DNA of 64,000 nucleotides from an uncultured Acidimicrobium sp. GTDB taxonomy: Bacteria; Actinomycetota; Acidimicrobiia; Acidimicrobiales; Ilumatobacteraceae. The stretch is from contig CAYSRZ010000001.1 of NCBI GenBank assembly GCA_964433615.1, forward strand, positions 1,366-65,365, written 5' to 3'. The notes beneath the pieces were generated by a model that had not been told where the DNA came from, searched no databases, and saw only the letters and a list, made by a program, of their open reading frames with translations. How positions within the stretch are numbered: position 1 is the stretch's first letter; every line of letters starts with the position of its first letter. The position numbers and the translations under genes are program-made. Shown in pieces: positions 39,420-51,000 of this stretch.

Positions 39420-42352
39420 CACTTCGAGAGCAACGGCTTGAGGAATCGTCCGGTGTAGCTTGCCTTCACCTTTGCCACGTCCTCGGGCGTTCCCTCGGCG
39501 ACGACCTGTCCGCCGCCGTCGCCACCCTCCGGGCCGAGGTCGATGATCCAATCCGCGGTCTTGATCACGTCCAAGTTGTGCTCGATGACGAGGACCGTGT
39601 TGCCTTGGTCGACGAGTCGCGAGAGCACGACGAGGAGTCGTCGCACGTCCTCGAAGTGCAGTCCCGTCGTCGGCTCGTCCAGGAGATAGATGGTGTGACC
39701 GGTTCCTCGTTTGGCGAGCTCCGAGGCGAGTTTCACGCGCTGTGCCTCTCCGCCCGAGAGGGTTGGAGCACTCTGGCCGAGTCGTACGTAGCCGAGGCCG
39801 ACGTCGACCAGCGTCTGCATGTGCCGCGCTATGCGTGGCTGGTTGGCGAAGAACCCGACCGCCTCTTCGATCGGCATGTTCAACACGTCAGAGATGTTCT
39901 TGCCCTTGAACGTCACGTCGAGCGTGTCGCGGTTGTAACGAGCACCCTTGCACACCTCACACGGCACGTACACGTCGGGAAGGAAGTGCATCTCGATCTT
40001 GATCGTGCCGTCGCCGGAACAGGCCTCGCATCGGCCACCCGGGACGTTGAAACTGAAACGACCAGGCTGATAGCCGCGCACCTTGGCCTCGGGGGTGTTG
40101 GAGAACAGCTTGCGAATGTCGTCGAACACCCCCGTGTACGTCGCCGGATTCGAACGCGGTGTGCGACCGATCGGCGACTGGTCCATGTCGATGACCTTGT
40201 CCAACTTGCCGACGCCGTCGACGGCCGTGTGGCGTCCGGGCGCGTCCTTGGACTTGTAGATCTTCTGCATCAGCGACGGAAGCAAGATGTCGCGAATCAG
40301 CGTGCTCTTTCCACTCCCCGACACTCCGGTGACGGCGACGAAACACCCGAGTGGAACCTTGACCGTGAGGTTCTTCAGATTGTGTTCGCGCGCTCCACGA
40401 ATCGTCAACCAATCCGAACCGGTGGTCCGTCGCGAGGCGGGAACAGAGATGGACTTCTTGCGCGCGAGATACTGGCCGGTCATCGACGTCGCCACCTTGA
40501 GCACGCCGTCGACCGGACCGGAATACACGATCTCGCCCCCGTGTTCACCGGCTCCGGGGCCGATGTCGACGAGCCAGTCGCTCGCACGAATCGTGTCCTC
40601 GTCGTGCTCGACGACCAAGACCGTGTTGCCGAGGTCGCGGAGCCGCACGAGAGTCTCGATCAGTCGGTGGTTGTCGCGTTGGTGCAGACCGATCGACGGC
40701 TCGTCGAGCACGTACAGCGTTCCGACGAGACCCGACCCGATCTGACTCGCCAGCCGAATGCGCTGGGCCTCGCCCCCGGCGAGCGTCGCTGCCGCACGAG
40801 ACAGCGTGAGGTATTCGAGGCCGACGTCGAGGAGGAAGCCGAGGCGCGCGTTGATCTCCTTGACGACGCGTTCGGCGATCATCTGGTCGCGGTCGGACAA
40901 CGTGAGACGCGCGAGGAACTCTGCGGAGCGACCGATCGACATGTCGCAGACCTCGCTCAGACTCGCGCCGTTCACCTTGACCGCCAGTGACGATGGCTTC
41001 AGGCGAGCGCCTTTGCACGCTCTGCACGGCACTTCACGCATGTATGACTCGAACTGCTCGCGCGAAAAGTCGCTCTCTGCACTTTCGTGTCGACGCTTGA
41101 TCCACGGAACGACACCCTCATAGGCCGTCGAGTACTCGCGGGTTCGACCGTAGCGGTTGCGGTACTTCACGAGCACGCTGTCGCCCGCACCGTTCATGAC
41201 GATGTTGCGATGCTTCTCGGAAAGCTTCGACCACTTGCGATCCATGTCGATTTCGAACTCGTCAGCGACGGCTTCCAACATGCGCGTGAAGTACTGGGTG
41301 TGTGCCGAGCGCCAGGGTGCGATGGCACCCTCGTTCAACGAAAGTTCCGGATCCGGCACCACGAGGTCGGGGTCGACTTCGAAGCGAGTCCCGAGTCCGA
41401 GACAGGTCTCACATGCACCGAATGGTGAGTTGAAGGAAAAGTTGCGCGGTGCGAGCTCCTCGAAACTCAACCCGCACTTCGGACACGCAAGGTGCTGACT
41501 GAAGGTGATCACCTCGCCACCCTGCGCCTGGTCCTGTCCCATGATCTCGATCTCGGCGACGCCTTCAGCGAGCTTCAGCGCGGTCTCCAAGCTGTCCGTG
41601 AGTCGCCTCGAGATTCCCGCCTTCTTCACGAGACGATCGATGATGATCTCGATGGTGTGCTGCTCGTAGCGAGCGAGCTTGGCGTCGCGCTTCAGGAAGT
41701 CCTGGATGTCGACGGTCTCGCCGTCGATCTTGGCGCGCGTGAATCCCTGGCCGAGCAAGTCACCGAGCAGGGTCTCGTATTCACCCTTGCGGGCACGAAC
41801 GACCGGCGCGAGCACTTGGAATCGAATTCCCTCGTCGAGCTCCAAGATGCGATCGACGATCTGCTGGGGTGTCTGACGCTGCAGCTTGGTCCCGTCCTTC
41901 CAACAGTGCTGCACGCCGATGCGCGCCCACAGCAGACGGAGATAGTCGTAGACCTCGGTGATCGTGCCGACGGTCGAACGTGGGTTACGGGAAGCGGTCT
42001 TCTGGTCGATCGAGATCGCCGGCGACAGGCCCTCGATCACGTCGACGTCCGGCTTGTCCATCTGGCCCAGGAACTGACGGGCATAGGCGCTCAAACTCTC
42101 GACGTATCGCCGTTGTCCCTCTGCATAGATGGTGTCGAAGGCAAGGCTGCTCTTGCCCGAACCCGACAAACCCGTCAGCGTGACGAGCTTGTTGCGCGGA
42201 ATCTCCACGCTCACGTTCTTCAGGTTGTGTTCCCTTGCACCACGCACCGAGATGACGTCGTCGTGGCGAACGGCCGTCTTCGACCGCGACGTGGATGCGG
42301 CCTTCGGGCTGGCCTTCGAGGAAGGCGAGGCGTTTCGGGGTCGGGATGCCAC
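39419..42352 (-). CDS. uvrA: Excinuclease ABC subunit A
   Basis: 977 aa. Two ABC modules ([18 protein letters not shown]), zinc-finger Cys pairs, LSGGEAQR twice. Confidence 0.95.
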   Translation of the reverse strand: MASRPRNASPSSKASPKAASTSRSKTAVRHDDVISVRGAREHNLKNVSVEIPRNKLVTLTGLSGSGKSSLAFDTIYAEGQRRYVESLSAYARQFLGQMDKPDVDVIEGLSPAISIDQKTASRNPRSTVGTITEVYDYLRLLWARIGVQHCWKDGTKLQRQTPQQIVDRILELDEGIRFQVLAPVVRARKGEYETLLGDLLGQGFTRAKIDGETVDIQDFLKRDAKLARYEQHTIEIIIDRLVKKAGISRRLTDSLETALKLAEGVAEIEIMGQDQAQGGEVITFSQHLACPKCGLSFEELAPRNFSFNSPFGACETCLGLGTRFEVDPDLVVPDPELSLNEGAIAPWRSAHTQYFTRMLEAVADEFEIDMDRKWSKLSEKHRNIVMNGAGDSVLVKYRNRYGRTREYSTAYEGVVPWIKRRHESAESDFSREQFESYMREVPCRACKGARLKPSSLAVKVNGASLSEVCDMSIGRSAEFLARLTLSDRDQMIAERVVKEINARLGFLLDVGLEYLTLSRAAATLAGGEAQRIRLASQIGSGLVGTLYVLDEPSIGLHQRDNHRLIETLVRLRDLGNTVLVVEHDEDTIRASDWLVDIGPGAGEHGGEIVYSGPVDGVLKVATSMTGQYLARKKSISVPASRRTTGSDWLTIRGAREHNLKNLTVKVPLGCFVAVTGVSGSGKSTLIRDILLPSLMQKIYKSKDAPGRHTAVDGVGKLDKVIDMDQSPIGRTPRSNPATYTGVFDDIRKLFSNTPEAKVRGYQPGRFSFNVPGGRCEACSGDGTIKIEMHFLPDVYVPCEVCKGARYNRDTLDVTFKGKNISDVLNMPIEEAVGFFANQPRIARHMQTLVDVGLGYVRLGQSAPTLSGGEAQRVKLASELAKRGTGHTIYLLDEPTTGLHFEDVRRLLVVLSRLVDQGNTVLVIEHNLDVIKTADWIIDLGPEGGDGGGQVVAEGTPEDVAKVKASYTGRFLKPLLSK

Positions 42353-42372
42353 GGACAGACACTACCCAGCGT

Positions 42373-44393
<2,021 letters not shown>

Positions 44394-44397
<4 letters not shown>

Positions 44398-45017
44398 GAG
44401 CGGATCGGCTCTCCCGCACGTGGGCCAGCAGGAGGCAACGACGTCGCCCACGCGAGTGCCGCGTCGACCTGGGCGACGAGCGATTCGAAGGACCCCGAGT
44501 TGTCGATGACTCGGTCGGCGATCGCACGTCGCGTCTCGCGCGATGCCTGCTTTCCCATTCGGGCCCGAACGTCGGCCTCGACCATCGAGCGCTGCGTGGT
44601 GAGGCGCTGCACGGCGATCTCCGGCTCGATGTCGACGACGATCACGCCAGACAGGTCACGACGGGGATATTCGGCGAGAAGCGGCATGTCGAGCACTACG
44701 ACTCCATCGACGTTCCTGTGTTCGTCGATGCGACGCATGATGCCCTCATTGATCAACGGCAGCATGATCGCATTCAGCGCGGCGAGCTCGTCGGCGTCGT
44801 TGAAGACGATGCCCGCGAGTCGCACTCGATCGAGCACGCCTTGCGACACCGCGTCGGGGAACCGCGAGGCCAATGGCGCAATGGCCGGCCCGTGGGGAAC
44901 CTGCAGGTCACGCGCGATCTGGTCGCCGTCGATGATCACGCAGCCGCGTTCGTGCAGCAGACGCGACACCGTGGACTTACCGGAGCCGATGCCACCGGTG
45001 AGACCGACAAGGATCAC
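44394..45017 (-). CDS. coaE: Dephospho-CoA kinase
   Basis: [16 protein letters not shown]-loop. 207 aa, single domain. Confidence 0.9.
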
Positions 45018-45061
45018 GTTGAGCCAACCAATCTTCGGGAACGATGTCCCCGACGTTGCGC

Positions 45062-46354
45062 CTACTCGCTCGGAGTCGAAGACTCTGCGGTGCCGGCGTT
45101 GTCGAAGTACTCGGACCAGGCTGCTTCGCGTGCGCTGTCATCGCCCCCGCCAACCCAGTTGCCCTGCTCGTCGACCTGGAACTGGCCGCGGTACTCCTCG
45201 GCCAACTCGCCACCCTCAGCGGCTTGCTTGATCGACAGACTGATGCGACGACGCGCGAGGTCGAGATCGATGATCTTGACCCACAGCTCTTCCGCCGGCG
45301 TGACGACCTGCTCGGGTGCCTCGACGTGGTGTGCCGACATCTCGGAGATGTGCACGAGACCCTCGATGCCGTCGCCAACCTGGACGAAGGCACCGAATGG
45401 CACGAGCTTGGTGACGCGACCGTAGACGAGCTGACCGACCTGGTGACCGTTGGCGAATTCCTGCCACGGATCCTGCTGGGTCGCCTTCAGCGAGAGGCTG
45501 ATGCGCTCGCGCTCCATGTCGACCTCGAGGACCTTGACGGTGACCTCGTCGCCGATGTTGACGACTGCGGTCGGGTTGTCGACGTGCTTCCACGACAACT
45601 CGGAGACGTGGATGAGACCATCCATGCCGCCGAGATCGACGAATGCGCCGAACGCAACGACGCTGGAGATGCGACCCTTGCGGACCTCGCCGACCTTCAG
45701 GTTCGTGAGGAACTCGTCACGGGCTCCACGCTGGTTCTGCTCGAGCAGGGTGCGACGCGACAACACCACGTTGTTGCGGTTGCGGTCCAATTCGAGGATC
45801 TTTGCCGTGATGCGCTGGCCGATGTACGGCGCAAGGTCGCGCACGCGGCGCAGTTCGACGAGGGATGCGGGGAGGAATCCACGCAGGCCGATGTCGACGA
45901 TGAGACCGCCCTTGACGACCTCGATGACGAGGCCTTCGACGGTGCCGTCTGCGGCCTTGACCTTCTCGATGTCTCCCCACGCGCGCTCGTACTGTGCGCG
46001 CTTCTTCGACAACAGGAGACGACCTTCCTTGTCCTCGAGCGTGAGCACGAGTGTCTCGATCTTCTCGCCGAGCTTGACGATCTCGTTCGGATCGACGTCG
46101 TTGCGAATGCTCAACTCACGGGACAGGATCACGCCTTCGGTCTTGTAACCGATCTCGACGAGGACTTCGTCGCGGGTGATGCGAACGACGGTTCCGGTGA
46201 CCAGTTGGCCTTCCTTCAGTTCCACCATCGTGTTGCCGATCGCTTCTGCGAATGGCTGGGTGAGGTCTCGTTCGACGACTTGACGGGGGGTGTAGTTGCC
46301 GTCTTTGTCGAAGGTGCCCATCGGTGGGCTTTGCATGGTCTGAAGGTCGGACAT
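45062..46354 (-). CDS. rpsA: 30S ribosomal protein S1
   Basis: Four S1 repeats (GTVVRI..., GLVIEV..., GRISSV..., GRVTKLVPFGAFV). Start set at ATG 46354 (ORF maximum 46387). Confidence 0.9.
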   Translation of the reverse strand: MSDLQTMQSPPMGTFDKDGNYTPRQVVERDLTQPFAEAIGNTMVELKEGQLVTGTVVRITRDEVLVEIGYKTEGVILSRELSIRNDVDPNEIVKLGEKIETLVLTLEDKEGRLLLSKKRAQYERAWGDIEKVKAADGTVEGLVIEVVKGGLIVDIGLRGFLPASLVELRRVRDLAPYIGQRITAKILELDRNRNNVVLSRRTLLEQNQRGARDEFLTNLKVGEVRKGRISSVVAFGAFVDLGGMDGLIHVSELSWKHVDNPTAVVNIGDEVTVKVLEVDMERERISLSLKATQQDPWQEFANGHQVGQLVYGRVTKLVPFGAFVQVGDGIEGLVHISEMSAHHVEAPEQVVTPAEELWVKIIDLDLARRRISLSIKQAAEGGELAEEYRGQFQVDEQGNWVGGGDDSAREAAWSEYFDNAGTAESSTPSE

Positions 46355-46441
46355 GGGATTCTTTCGGTGGATACGGATCGGTGACACGTTCGACCCGAGG
46401 GCCTCACGCGGTCCTACCGGCGGCAGGACAGGGATTTCACG

Positions 46442-47197
46442 CTACCAGCGGGTCGACTCGCGGCGTTCGGCGACGACGAGGAACTCGGGCATGTCCAGGC
46501 TGGGAGGACTGGGGCCATAGGCGCCCGGTTCGACCCCGTAGATCGACCTCACTGAAAAGCCCGATCGCCCGAGGACGAGGCGCAGTTCTCGGGGTGTGTA
46601 GCAGCCCGTCCACAACGACACCGCTTTCGAAACCCCCGCGGTGTTCTTCACCTCCGTGGATTCGTGACTGACTCCGCGGGCCACGTCGAAGGTGGCCGCC
46701 TCGTGGTGGCGGACGGAGAAATAGGCATTGAATGCACTCAGGGCGAGGAGGCCACCCGGGCGAACGACCGAGGCGATCGACTCGAGCACCGCCCCGTCGT
46801 CGGCGTCATCGACCATGACGCCGAAGGCCCCCTGACACAGGCAAATGGCGACGTCGAAGTTCGCGCCGACTGCATTCATCTGTTCCCTGCTGCGTGCATC
46901 GACGACCTCGAACGTGGCATCCGAGAGCCCCTCCTTCTCGGCGGATGCACGAGCGATGTCGATGAACCTCTCGCTCACGTCAACGCCGACGACTCGGTGC
47001 CCGCGACGAGCCAACTCGAGTGCATGACGCCCCGGCCCACACCCCACGTCGAGAATTGAACTGGCGCTCGTCATCGCCAGTTCCGATCTCAGAAAGTCGA
47101 TCTCTTGTGTCGTTCCCTTCGTGAACGAATAGCGCAGGTACGCCTCGCCCATGTGGTCGGCGAGTTCTTCGAACCAGTGACCTTGGTCGTTCTCCAT
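46442..47197 (-). CDS. Class I SAM-dependent methyltransferase
   Basis: ILDVGCGPGRHALELARRGHRVVGVD motif I. Start at M42 of the ORF, 4 nt after the polA stop. Confidence 0.8.
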   Translation of the reverse strand: MENDQGHWFEELADHMGEAYLRYSFTKGTTQEIDFLRSELAMTSASSILDVGCGPGRHALELARRGHRVVGVDVSERFIDIARASAEKEGLSDATFEVVDARSREQMNAVGANFDVAICLCQGAFGVMVDDADDGAVLESIASVVRPGGLLALSAFNAYFSVRHHEAATFDVARGVSHESTEVKNTAGVSKAVSLWTGCYTPRELRLVLGRSGFSVRSIYGVEPGAYGPSPPSLDMPEFLVVAERRESTRW

Positions 47198-47201
47198 TGC
47201 C

Positions 47202-49883
47202 TCAGGCCTTCGCCGATGCCCACGTGTTGCCCCACGCTGAGTTGATCTCGAGCGGAACTCTGAGCGACGCGGCGTCTCGCATGGACCCGAGCACGATCGA
47301 CTCGACCTCGGTCGCCGCACCCTTCGGTGACTCCACGATCACTTCGTCGTGCACCTGGAGTACGAGACGAGCGGGCGACCCGGCATCGCGGAGTCGACGA
47401 TCGATGGACACGAGGGCGATCTTGAACACGTCGGCCGCAAGGCCCTGGATGGCGGCGTTCATCGCCTGGCGTTCGCCGATCTGTCGGATGCGAAAGTTCG
47501 GATTGTTCAGTTCGGGGATGAATCGACGACGCCCGAAGAGGGTCACCGTGTAGCCGCGCTCCTTGGCCTCGCCGACGGCTGAGTCCATGTAGGCCTTCAC
47601 GTTGGGAAACGCGGCGAAGTAGGCGTCGAGAATCTCCGCTGCTTCCTCGACCGCGATGCCGAGCCGTTGACTGAGTCCATAGGCCTCCATGCCATAGGCG
47701 AGCCCATAGGACACCATCTTGGCCTTCGATCGCATCTCCCCCGTCACCTTCGATGGCGCGACCGAAAACACGCGGGAAGCCGTGCTCGTGTGGATGTCTT
47801 CGCCCTTGGTGAATGCCTCGATGAGGCCCGGATCGTTCGCCAGGTGTGCGATGCATCGCAGCTCGATCTGGTTGTAGTCGGCGACCAGGAACTGCATCCC
47901 CTTGCTCGGCACGAATGCAGTACGGAACACCTTGCCTTCCTCGCTTCGTACGGGAATGTTGTGCAGGTTCGGGTTCTCGCTGCTCAAGCGACCGGTCCGA
48001 GCGACCATTTGGTTGAAGGTCGCATGGATGCGTCCGTCCGTGGCGACGACCTCGCGCAGTCCGGTTCCGTAGGTGCCACGCAGCTTGTCCATCTCGCGGA
48101 ACTCCATCAGCGCGTCGATGAACTCCGGCCACTGATCGCGGATCTTTTCGAGGGTTGCCGCATCGGTGCTGAAGCCGGTCTTCGTCTTCTTTCCAGGCTG
48201 CAGTTTGCGCTCTTCGAACAGGATCACACGCAACTGGGCGGGTGAATTGATGTTGAACTCCTTGCCCGCCAACTCGTGGAGCTTCGAAGTGAGCTCGGCG
48301 ACGCGTCCCTCGAGATGGGCGGCGATCGAGTCCAACGCTCCGCGGTCGACGGCGATGCCCACGTGCTCCATGCGCGCCAGCACTCCCACCAGTGGCATCT
48401 CCACGTCCAGAGCCAGTCTCTCCATGTGCTGTGCGACGAGACCCTCGCGCAACCGGGTGGCGACGCGAGCCACCCCCAATGCCTCGGTGCACGCAACCTT
48501 CGACACGTCGACCGTCGGGGCATCGAAGCTCAACTGATCGCTCGGAGAGTCGGTTCCGACCTCGAGCGTCACGCCGAGCTGTGACTCGACCAGCGCCGCG
48601 ACGCTTCGCTCACCGTCGGCAGGATCGAGGAGGTACCCGGCTATCGCGACGTCGAACGTCGCGGGAAGGTTCGACACCTCATGCGACAGCATCCATCGAA
48701 AGACCCTCTTCGCATCATGGGTGACGAGGAGCGATGACGTCGACAGCAGTCGTGCCACGGCGGCCGCGTTGCGTTCATCGACGTCGATCCACGACACCGC
48801 ACCAGTCGAGTCGTCGGTCACGATCGCCACTCCCAGCGGATCGCTCCCCGCACACGATCCGCCTCGCCACCCAGCGACGACACTTACGGTGCCGGAACAC
48901 GAAACCTCGTCGATCGACGTGGCTGAAACCTTCGGGACGAAAGATGCGTCTGGCGCAAAACCGTTTGGTGCATCGGAGCTCGTGTTCGACGCGGGCGTGG
49001 CCTCATCGTCGACGAAGGACCCAAAGGCGTCCTTGATGCGCGGCAACATGTTCTTGAACTCCAACGTCGAAAACATGTTCGCGACGCGGGCGAGATCCGG
49101 ACGTGGAACGAACGAGTCGTAGTCCACCTCGATCGGAACGTCGCGTCGTAGCACCATCAGGCGTGCATTTCGCCTGACGCGCTCGGCGTGTTCGATGATC
49201 GCGGCTTTCAACTTCGGCGTCTGGTCGTCGGCGGCCGCGATGATCGCCTCGAGCGTTCCGTACGTGGCGAGCAACTTCGCCGCCGTCTTTTCTCCGACAC
49301 CAGGAAGACCGTCGAGGTTGTCGCTCGGGTCGCCGCGCAACGCCGCATAGTCGACGTACTGGCGTGGAGTGACTCCCGTGCGCTCCACGATGCCAGCTTC
49401 GTCGTAGAGCGCATAGTCGCTCACTCCGCGCTTGTTGTACAGCACACGAACGTGCGGGTCGTGGACGAGTTGGTAACTGTCACGATCTCCCGTCACGATG
49501 ACCACGTCGTTTCCGTCGCGTTCGCATCGATCGACGATCGTGGCGATCAGGTCGTCCCCTTCGAACCCGGCCATGTCGAGCGTCGCCACGCCGAGGAGCG
49601 ACAACAGCTCGCGAATGATGTCGAGCTGCTGGTACAAGATGTCGGGCTGCTTCTCGCGCTGCGCCTTGTATTCGGGTGCGGCCTCGTGTCGGAACGTGGG
49701 CTCCTTGCGATCGAACACGACCACGATCCCGTCCGGTCGCTGCTCCTTGACGAGAGTCGCGAGCATCGAGGTGAAGCCGTACACCGCATTGGTCACCTGA
49801 CCCGACGAGGTCGTCATGTCAGTCGGGAGGGCAAAGAACGCACGGTAAGACAGCGAGTTCCCGTCGAGCGCCAGCAGTTTCAT
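47202..49883 (-). CDS. polA: DNA polymerase I
   Basis: 5-prime nuclease domain (LLALDGNSLSYRAFFA), polymerase motifs ADYNQIELR and QVHDEVIV. ATG 49883 is preceded by GGAGG. Confidence 0.95.
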   Translation of the reverse strand: MKLLALDGNSLSYRAFFALPTDMTTSSGQVTNAVYGFTSMLATLVKEQRPDGIVVVFDRKEPTFRHEAAPEYKAQREKQPDILYQQLDIIRELLSLLGVATLDMAGFEGDDLIATIVDRCERDGNDVVIVTGDRDSYQLVHDPHVRVLYNKRGVSDYALYDEAGIVERTGVTPRQYVDYAALRGDPSDNLDGLPGVGEKTAAKLLATYGTLEAIIAAADDQTPKLKAAIIEHAERVRRNARLMVLRRDVPIEVDYDSFVPRPDLARVANMFSTLEFKNMLPRIKDAFGSFVDDEATPASNTSSDAPNGFAPDASFVPKVSATSIDEVSCSGTVSVVAGWRGGSCAGSDPLGVAIVTDDSTGAVSWIDVDERNAAAVARLLSTSSLLVTHDAKRVFRWMLSHEVSNLPATFDVAIAGYLLDPADGERSVAALVESQLGVTLEVGTDSPSDQLSFDAPTVDVSKVACTEALGVARVATRLREGLVAQHMERLALDVEMPLVGVLARMEHVGIAVDRGALDSIAAHLEGRVAELTSKLHELAGKEFNINSPAQLRVILFEERKLQPGKKTKTGFSTDAATLEKIRDQWPEFIDALMEFREMDKLRGTYGTGLREVVATDGRIHATFNQMVARTGRLSSENPNLHNIPVRSEEGKVFRTAFVPSKGMQFLVADYNQIELRCIAHLANDPGLIEAFTKGEDIHTSTASRVFSVAPSKVTGEMRSKAKMVSYGLAYGMEAYGLSQRLGIAVEEAAEILDAYFAAFPNVKAYMDSAVGEAKERGYTVTLFGRRRFIPELNNPNFRIRQIGERQAMNAAIQGLAADVFKIALVSIDRRLRDAGSPARLVLQVHDEVIVESPKGAATEVESIVLGSMRDAASLRVPLEINSAWGNTWASAKA

Positions 49884-49922
49884 CGATCCTCCACCGCGCC
49901 CCACGCTAATCGCGCAGGACGT

Positions 49923-50513
49923 TCAGCTCTGTGGCGTGATCGATCGGTCGAGGATGCCCTCGGCGACCTGCTTCATGCGCAAGCGACGACCCATCGCCGT
50001 CTTTTGGATGAAGTCGAATGCGTCCTGTTCGCTCATCTTGTGTTCGTCGATGAGCACGCCCTTGGCGCGATCGAGCAACTTGCGCAACTCGAGCTGCTGG
50101 CCAAGTTGGTCTCGCTCGCCCTCGAGTGCCTTCATCTCGGCAAAGCGACCGATGGCAAGTTCGATGGCTGGAACCAGGTCGGTCTTCTGGAACGGCTTCA
50201 CGAGATACGCGAGTGCTCCTGCGTCCCTCGCCTGCTCGATCACCTGTCGCTGACTGAATGCGGTCAACATCACTACGGGGCACAGACGCTCAGCCGACAC
50301 GATGCGGGCTGCCTCGAGGCCGTCCATGCCGGGCATCTTGATGTCGAAGAGTGCGACGTCGGGTCGATGCTCGCGAACCAGATCGACCGCGTGGTCTCCA
50401 CGTCCCGTATCCGCAACGACGAGGTAGCCCTCTTCGGCGAGGGTCTCCACGAGATCCAACCGAATGATCGCCTCGTCTTCGGCGACGACGATGCGAACGC
50501 TCTCACCCGCCAC
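49923..50513 (-). CDS. pdtaR: ANTAR-domain response regulator (PdtaR type)
   Basis: REC domain (RIVVAEDEAIIR, FDIKMPGMDG, MLTAF) plus ANTAR (LLDRAKGVLIDEHKMSEQDAFDFIQKTAMGRRLRMKQVA). GTG 50513 overlaps the upstream stop by 1 nt. Confidence 0.9.
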   Translation of the reverse strand: MAGESVRIVVAEDEAIIRLDLVETLAEEGYLVVADTGRGDHAVDLVREHRPDVALFDIKMPGMDGLEAARIVSAERLCPVVMLTAFSQRQVIEQARDAGALAYLVKPFQKTDLVPAIELAIGRFAEMKALEGERDQLGQQLELRKLLDRAKGVLIDEHKMSEQDAFDFIQKTAMGRRLRMKQVAEGILDRSITPQS

Positions 50514-50836
50514 TACGAGCCGCGCTTCTTCGACAGCGCATCCAAGAGCTCGTCCTGACGTCGCTCGAGATCGTCGATGGCCGAGACCAACTCGTCGCGG
50601 CGACGACGCACGAAGTCGAGGTGGCGTGCGGCGTCGCGGTGTTCGTGCGCTGCGAGAGCGGTCTCGGAGACGAGTGCACGGATCTCCTTGTCGCTTGCAT
50701 CGTCGGAGAAGTGCTGAAGCTGCTCGTTGTACACCGTCAACTCGGAACGCAGGTCGGTGAGAGACTTGGACACGACGCGTAGGCGCCGTTCGACGAGTCG
50801 GGTGCCAAACACATCGGTAACTGTAGGAGTGACCAT
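50513..50836 (-). CDS. Small coiled-coil hypothetical protein
   Basis: 107 aa from ATG 50836. Heptad-like charged sequence (LTDLRSELTVYNEQLQHF...DELVSAIDDLERRQDELLDAL). The ORF N-terminus upstream of this start is the tRNA. The start is uncertain because it lies 1 nt after the tRNA CCA. Confidence 0.5.
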   Translation of the reverse strand: MVTPTVTDVFGTRLVERRLRVVSKSLTDLRSELTVYNEQLQHFSDDASDKEIRALVSETALAAHEHRDAARHLDFVRRRRDELVSAIDDLERRQDELLDALSKKRGS

Positions 50837-50837
50837 C

Positions 50838-50923
50838 TGGTGCCCGAGGTGGGACTTGAACCCACACGCCCTTTCGAACAACGGATTTTGAGTCCGTCGC
50901 GTCTGCCATTCCGCCACTCGGGC
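50838..50923 (-). tRNA. tRNA-Leu (anticodon CAA), encoded CCA
   Basis: Minus-strand sequence GCCCGAGTGGCGGAATGGCAGACGCGACGGACTCAAAATCCGTTGTTCGAAAGGGCGTGTGGGTTCAAGTCCCACCTCGGGCACCA. It has a 7-bp acceptor stem, anticodon loop CTCAAAA, a long variable arm and a GTTCAAGT T-loop. Confidence 0.9.
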
Positions 50924-51000
50924 ATGAGTATCGGACCAAATCGGCAACAGCCGAGCGATGTATCGTACCGACCCGATCGGGGACCTACGCTGTGTTGGTC

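Noticed and set aside
45044-46384. 446-aa plus-strand ORF almost coextensive with rpsA
   Set aside because: Mirror frame of the highly biased rpsA gene. The acidic/leucine-rich repetitive translation reflects the complement of the S1 repeats.
46442-47197. SAM methyltransferase between polA and rpsA as a restriction-modification remnant
   Set aside because: It is a small-molecule/rRNA-type class I methyltransferase fold with no DNA-methylase motifs (no DPPY/NPPY or PC-ENV). No endonuclease or specificity subunit is nearby.
50514-50947. Long N-terminal extensions of the pdtaR ORF (to 50939) and of the small ORF (to 50947)
   Set aside because: The extensions read through tRNA-Leu(CAA) or the small ORF, and their arginine-rich translations have no REC-domain similarity. 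Starts were moved to GTG 50513 and ATG 50836.
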